DNA from: Patescibacteria group bacterium
GTDB lineage: Bacteria > Patescibacteriota > Patescibacteriia > Buchananbacterales > UBA6539
Reading direction: 5' to 3'
Length of the DNA: 64,000 bases
NCBI GenBank assembly: GCA_028688055.1
Contig: JAQTYZ010000002.1
Coordinates: 4,256 to 68,255 of the forward strand
Shown: one piece after another, positions 59,752 through 64,000 of the stretch
Layout of the letters: the number at the start of each line of letters is the position of its first letter
Numbering within the stretch: the stretch's first letter is position 1
Program-made: the position numbers and the translations under genes
The notes under the pieces: model-generated
Database searches by the model: none
Seen by the model: only the letters and a program-made list of their open reading frames with translations
Told to the model about the DNA's origin: nothing

Positions 59752-61681
59752 TTGAGCCGAGCTTAAGCTCGGGCCCGATTACGGTTTTTTTGTCAATAAC
59801 ATCTTGTGCGGAACGTAGGCCATTTAATTCAATTCCGCCACCGTCAATGGTTAGCAAAGTGGCAACTAAGTCGTAAGTGCCACTTGCAAAACCCGCGGCC
59901 CCCAGCCAATAATTTGTCTGAATTATTTTATTTGACTCACTTTCGCTGTTTATTAAATCATAGGCCCAGGGCATAATTAACTGGCTGATTTTTTTAGCTG
60001 ATTGTGAAAAAGTGAATTCAAGCCGATAAATTTTACTTAGGGGTTTATTGATTTGCCAAAATAAACTCATTTTTTTGTCCGTTTGTGTCACGCCCCTAAA
60101 GGTAAGCTCGTCATTTATTTTAATATTTTGGGTCGTCATCTTTTGTGGCAACGCCGTTAATTTTTCCACTAAATGCTCACTGGTGAAATGATTTTTTTGG
60201 AACAGTGCACTAGTCGCCGTTTGATCAAGTAGGCCAAAACCATTAAGTAGCGACGGCCATTTTTTTAGTGCCGTTGCGTATTGGTCTTGATAAAATGGGT
60301 GAAAACCGTACTGCAGTTGATAGGTAACCAGATCCGGCCAGTCGATAATGATATATTCGGTGTCCGCTGGCAATGTATAAGCAGTTTGCAAAAATTGCTG
60401 CTTGCCTAAAAAAATATAGTTTAAGGAATAAAGCTTTTCCCTTGAGGCGAGGGCCGGTAGCATTTTGTACGACGCGGCCACCACCGCTTGCGGCGGTATC
60501 GCGGCTAATAATTTATTGGTCCCATCGTTTCGATTAGTATTTAGTTGCGCTAAGGACGTCATCGGCCCTAAAGTAATTGATCCATATATCACCGCTGTTG
60601 TCAAGCCGACCACGGCCAGCGGCCAATGTTTATTGATTAGGGTGGTGGACGCGTTGGGGCTAACATTTTTTTTAAAATTGCTTACGGCATAAATGGCAGC
60701 CAAAAATACCGCTGGTAGTAATAAGCTGACATAATGCGTTTGGAGAATAATATCGCCGCCACCGCTGGTGCTCAAAAATAATTGGAGGAAAATTAGCAAG
60801 GCGATAATTAGCGGCGGCAGATAGAATAGGGGCAAAAAAAATAAGGGCATTAATAAACCGAGTAGAAAAATAAAATTATTGATTCGGAATAAATAGCTTA
60901 GCGGTAGCCATGGCTTGGTTAAAAGATTAGTTATAGCCGTTGGGATGTTGTTTCCCAGCCACGGGTAGTAAATTAAAAACTTGTATTGATGGCTGGCGGC
61001 AAAAACACCACTAATGGTAATGGCTAACGCCAGGTAACCTAGGCCTAGCAGGATCGGCGTTAACCGCCAGTTTATTTTTCTTTTTTTCAGCCAAGCGTAG
61101 GCACCAAACATAATTATGACCAAAGCGACATCTTCGCGGGACATTAAGGCGACTATTGAAGCCGCCAGAAATGGCAAAAACAAATTGGACTCAAAAAAGT
61201 AAATTGCCAGCCAGATGGCCATGATGGCGAAAGGCATTAAGCTGAACTCAAACATATTAATGTTTTCGACAAACGGGTTGGCCAGCCAGAATATTGCAAA
61301 GGCTACCGCCCAATTGTTGCCGACAATTTTTTTCGCAATCAAATAAATGGGTATGGCGGCAGCGGCGAGTGTTAGGGTTTGGAGGATGAGCAAGGTCTGT
61401 GGCCCTCGGTATAGCCAATAGAAAGGAAGTAGTATTAAAATTAGCGGCGAAAAATGATCGCCCAAGTAAGTCGGCGGGTGAATCGACGAAGCAAACCAAT
61501 GGCCTACGCTGGAAGTAAAAAAAACTTGGTTGATGATGGCCAAGTCTAGCGCGTTATAGCCGTGCTGGTAATATTTTGTCAGGGTGGAAATTGCAAAAAT
61601 TGTAACATAAATAATGACGGCACCAATCACCACGCCCAAACCGTGCTGGCTAATTAAATTGTTGAGGTGTTTTCCTTTCAT
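59738..61681 (-). CDS. large membrane protein (DUF2079-like architecture)
   Basis: N-terminal multi-TM region and a ~250-aa C-terminal soluble domain. Confidence 0.45.
   Translation of the reverse strand: MKGKHLNNLISQHGLGVVIGAVIIYVTIFAISTLTKYYQHGYNALDLAIINQVFFTSSVGHWFASSIHPPTYLGDHFSPLILILLPFYWLYRGPQTLLILQTLTLAAAAIPIYLIAKKIVGNNWAVAFAIFWLANPFVENINMFEFSLMPFAIMAIWLAIYFFESNLFLPFLAASIVALMSREDVALVIIMFGAYAWLKKRKINWRLTPILLGLGYLALAITISGVFAASHQYKFLIYYPWLGNNIPTAITNLLTKPWLPLSYLFRINNFIFLLGLLMPLFFLPLFYLPPLIIALLIFLQLFLSTSGGGDIILQTHYVSLLLPAVFLAAIYAVSNFKKNVSPNASTTLINKHWPLAVVGLTTAVIYGSITLGPMTSLAQLNTNRNDGTNKLLAAIPPQAVVAASYKMLPALASREKLYSLNYIFLGKQQFLQTAYTLPADTEYIIIDWPDLVTYQLQYGFHPFYQDQYATALKKWPSLLNGFGLLDQTATSALFQKNHFTSEHLVEKLTALPQKMTTQNIKINDELTFRGVTQTDKKMSLFWQINKPLSKIYRLEFTFSQSAKKISQLIMPWAYDLINSESESNKIIQTNYWLGAAGFASGTYDLVATLLTIDGGGIELNGLRSAQDVIDKKTVIGPELKLGSITVE
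59746..59792 (+). terminator. rho-independent terminator embedded in the 3' end of the convergent gene
   Basis: ccgtaat-tgagccgagc-ttaa-gctcgggcc-cg-attacgg, then T8. Confidence 0.6.
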
Positions 61682-61699
61682 GTTGGCTTAAGTTTACTT

Positions 61700-61746
61700 T
61701 TTTATGTCACAAAAAACAATCCCGAACCTAAGCTGGCGGGATTGTT
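61700..61746 (-). terminator. terminator after the pilin-like gene
   Basis: aacaatcccg...cgggattgtt hairpin, then T5 on the minus strand. Confidence 0.55.
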
Positions 61747-61758
61747 TAAGTTTTTGGA

Positions 61759-62178
61759 TTAAAGACTGGTACCCTGGGTGGCAATCAATAATTGGTCAAT
61801 GACAAAGTAGGTAATGATATAGGCCGACAAAACGATGGCCACGCCGACAATAGCTGCGGCCATTGTTTTTTTGGCCGTTGAAATCCGATCTTCATTACCC
61901 GCCGCTGTCATCCACGTAAAGCCTGCATATAAAATTAAAACCAAAAAAATTATTGCTAAGAAACCCAAGGCCACTTTAATAATCTGCGAGATCGATTTGG
62001 CAAAAGTCGATGAATCGACGTGTTGATTGGGCGAGTAGATATCTTCGACCGGCTTAAGCTGGTCGCGGATTAAATTATTAACTTGGCTGCTTTCCGCCAG
62101 CGCGATTGGCGCTGCCACTAATGCTAGGACGTTAAAAACCATTACCAGGGTTAGAAAAAATTTCAATTTATTTTTCAT
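61759..62178 (-). CDS. TrbC/VirB2-like pilin-family secreted two-TM protein
   Basis: Signal peptide, then YAGFTWMTAAGNED motif between two hydrophobic helices. Confidence 0.6.
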   Translation of the reverse strand: MKNKLKFFLTLVMVFNVLALVAAPIALAESSQVNNLIRDQLKPVEDIYSPNQHVDSSTFAKSISQIIKVALGFLAIIFLVLILYAGFTWMTAAGNEDRISTAKKTMAAAIVGVAIVLSAYIITYFVIDQLLIATQGTSL

Positions 62179-62358
62179 AGCGCTTTTTTATTTTTTAAAT
62201 GACTGTTCATTGGAAGTATAACACTTTTTGAGCGTTTAGCTAAGCGACAGCGGGGGATAATTATTGACAATTTAATGATATTATGGTATTTTTTATTGTC
62301 CAGTAACGGTGAATTTCAACCCTTCCATCGCTAAGGTGGAAGATTAAGGAGGCTCTGA

Positions 62359-62829
62359 ATGAAACGGATTATGTTGCTCGTTGTTTTGTTGCCATTGGCG
62401 GGCTGTGGTTCCCTGGGCACGAGATTTTCTTGGGAGACATTTCGCGCCCAAGAAAGAACTATCGTGGCGCAGAACAAATCGGACCAGGCATACTGGGAGG
62501 CGCTTGGTGAAAGCTACCGACCAAGCGGTCAGCCGGGAACAGTTGATTCGGCGGGGATTAAGTCGCCTGGGTACTATCAGAATGGTGTACTGATCAATCG
62601 GGCTTGGCAAATGGTGACGTTTGTTATCACCGGTCAGAAGTCGCTGACGCGAACCGTCCCGATTGGTTCAACGGCCAAAGTCTCCTTACCCCCAGGGATG
62701 TATCGGGTAGAAATCTATTACTCGAGATCCACGACGCCATACCGGCAAGCCGATTTACCGGTTGACGCCGAGCGTGGTGATTGCGACATTGATGGTCAGG
62801 TGTGCGATTTCTTTATGATCGCGCCTTGA
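62359..62829 (+). CDS. lipoprotein
   Basis: MKRIMLLVVLLPLAGC lipobox. SD aaggagg. GC-rich relative to its neighbours. Confidence 0.6.
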   Translation: MKRIMLLVVLLPLAGCGSLGTRFSWETFRAQERTIVAQNKSDQAYWEALGESYRPSGQPGTVDSAGIKSPGYYQNGVLINRAWQMVTFVITGQKSLTRTVPIGSTAKVSLPPGMYRVEIYYSRSTTPYRQADLPVDAERGDCDIDGQVCDFFMIAP

Positions 62830-62837
62830 CTGATGGG

Positions 62838-62925
62838 ATTGCTGTGTCACTCGCTCCTTGCAATGATCGAAAAATACACCTCAGTAAATCGTGTCATTGC
62901 GAGCGAACAAAGTGAGCGAAGCAAT
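62838..62925. other. nested inverted-repeat element (possible sRNA or structured site)
   Basis: gggattgct...agcaatccc outer stem, ttgcaatga / tcattgcga inner stem. Confidence 0.25.
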
Positions 62926-62984
62926 CCCACACCCCAACCGACCAACCCGTTCTTTGAGGGGACAGCCCGTGATGCTGGCCCTTC

Positions 62985-63022
62985 TTTTTTTTGACAAAAA
63001 AATCCCCGCTGAACGCGGGGAT
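62985..63022 (-). terminator. terminator for the pilin-like paralog
   Basis: aatccccgc-tgaa-cgcggggatt with A/T runs on both sides. Confidence 0.65.
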
Positions 63023-63042
63023 TAGTATTAGCCTTTTGGAGT

Positions 63043-63483
63043 TTACGGATTGGTCGGTGTGCTTGTTCCCGAACCTAGGCCAGAACCATTGGTTGCTTTG
63101 AGAATATTGTCGATAACAAAGAAAGTAATAAAGTAAGCCGCCAGAACAATTGTTAAACCAATAATTGCCGCGGAGATAATTTTTTTTGCCCGCGAAATAT
63201 TTTCTTCATTGCCCGCGGCCAGCATCCAGGTGTAACCGGCATAAATTATCAGGACAATAAAAATGATTCCCAAAAAAGACAGTAAGACTTTGATGATTTG
63301 GCTGACGGTGACTGAAAAATTGGCATTAGTGCCTAAGCCGCTGGCCGTTAAGAAGGCTTGGTTTTGAACATCTAACTGTGCTTTAGTGTCGCCGGTTACG
63401 GTTTGGGCTAATGACTGGGAAGTCACACCTAAAACCGCCGAGCACATCAGGGTTAAAATAATAAATTTTTTTAGTTTATTCAT
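63043..63483 (-). CDS. TrbC/VirB2-like pilin-family protein, paralog 2 (start at the internal MNKLKKF)
   Basis: YAGYTWMLAAGNEENISRAKKIISAAIIGLTIVLAAYF. Confidence 0.6.
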   Translation of the reverse strand: MNKLKKFIILTLMCSAVLGVTSQSLAQTVTGDTKAQLDVQNQAFLTASGLGTNANFSVTVSQIIKVLLSFLGIIFIVLIIYAGYTWMLAAGNEENISRAKKIISAAIIGLTIVLAAYFITFFVIDNILKATNGSGLGSGTSTPTNP

Positions 63484-63493
63484 ATTGATAAAT

Positions 63494-63913
63494 TTAAGTT
63501 CCACTGGGGATTTGAGCCGTTGGTCCGCTTGATAGCACTGTACTAACAAAGGTGTAAATGGCCGCGGCTGATAAAATAATAATGATGCCGATAATACCAT
63601 CACGAATGATTTTTTTAGCCTGGGAAACTTTTTCTTCATTGCCCGCCGCTGTCATCCACAGATAGCCGCCGTAAACGGTGTAGGAAATAAAAATGATGCC
63701 AATTAAGGAAATAAATAATTGCACAATTGTTCCGGCGACTGTCGCCAGCGCGGTTTCTTTTGGTTTGGTTGTATCGTAGCCGGCGCCATTTTCGCCAGCG
63801 GTATCTTGGAGCATCCCTTGCAGCGTGTTATCAGCTGCCAGCATGACGGTTGGCAATAGTAGCATCGTTAGTAAGCCAGCCGTGATAATGAATTTTGTGA
63901 TTTTTTTGTTCAT
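63494..63913 (-). CDS. TrbC/VirB2-like pilin-family protein, paralog 3 (start at the internal MNKKITKF)
   Basis: YGGYLWMTAAGNEEKVSQAKKIIRDGIIGIIIIL. Confidence 0.6.
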   Translation of the reverse strand: MNKKITKFIITAGLLTMLLLPTVMLAADNTLQGMLQDTAGENGAGYDTTKPKETALATVAGTIVQLFISLIGIIFISYTVYGGYLWMTAAGNEEKVSQAKKIIRDGIIGIIIILSAAAIYTFVSTVLSSGPTAQIPSGT

Positions 63914-63920
63914 ATTTTTA

Positions 63921-64000
63921 TTGTGGGGTGCCAGCATTAAAGCCAGTGGCCGCGGCCACTTTCGAAACGACAAAGGCCGTTATTGCATAGGCTGACAAGA
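63921..64000 (-). CDS. C-terminal fragment of a 4th pilin-like paralog (runs off the window)
   Basis: The minus-strand frame ends ...LSAYAITAFVVSKVAAATGFNAGTPQ*, matching the C-termini of the other paralogs. Confidence 0.4.

Noticed and set aside
61835-62026. 63-aa plus-strand ORF
   Set aside because: Antisense within the pilin-like gene.
62344-62610. 88-aa minus-strand ORF
   Set aside because: Overlaps the better-supported lipoprotein gene on the opposite strand, which has an SD, signal peptide and lipobox.
1-64000. Alternative genetic code (UGA recoding), as seen in some CPR lineages
   Set aside because: Long ORFs (2445 aa, 956 aa, 907 aa) are uninterrupted under the standard code, and genes end at UGA, UAA and UAG alike.

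Overview
This 64 kb window looks like a small-genome, Gram-positive-like bacterium, most plausibly a Patescibacteria/CPR lineage. That lineage call is inference from a short YidC, an extended S16, many GT-C-like polytopic membrane proteins and TrbC/VirB2-like pilin arrays. The genetic code is standard, since the 2445-aa ORF carries no in-frame UGA. The core of the window is the replication-origin neighbourhood (yidC-yidD-rnpA-rpmH on the minus strand, diverging from dnaA-dnaN on the plus strand, with rpmH missed by the ORF track), plus polA, holA-rpsT, an smc-like gene, an rpsP/KH gene pair (27828..28842, minus strand), ruvC-yebC, a class A PBP and a bactofilin gene. The accessory content is larger than the core. 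It includes: (i) a giant 2445-aa tail-fibre-like surface protein with GIGTxxP repeats, a Peptidase_S74-like intramolecular chaperone motif and perfect 390-bp tandem repeats, sitting behind two small excisionase-family HTH genes; (ii) a very AT-rich glycan-tailoring island (sulfotransferase, CE4 deacetylase, two GT2, SAM-MTase, a truncated adenylate-forming enzyme, tandem GT8-like paralogs of which one is fused to GNAT) embedded in a larger envelope-glycosylation locus with several GtrB-like GT2 plus GT-C pairs; (iii) a GC-rich orphan ORF driven by a perfect consensus sigma70 promoter with a long structured leader; (iv) an array of at least 4 divergent TrbC/VirB2-like two-TM pilin paralogs at the window end. 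No rRNA, tRNA or CRISPR was seen.
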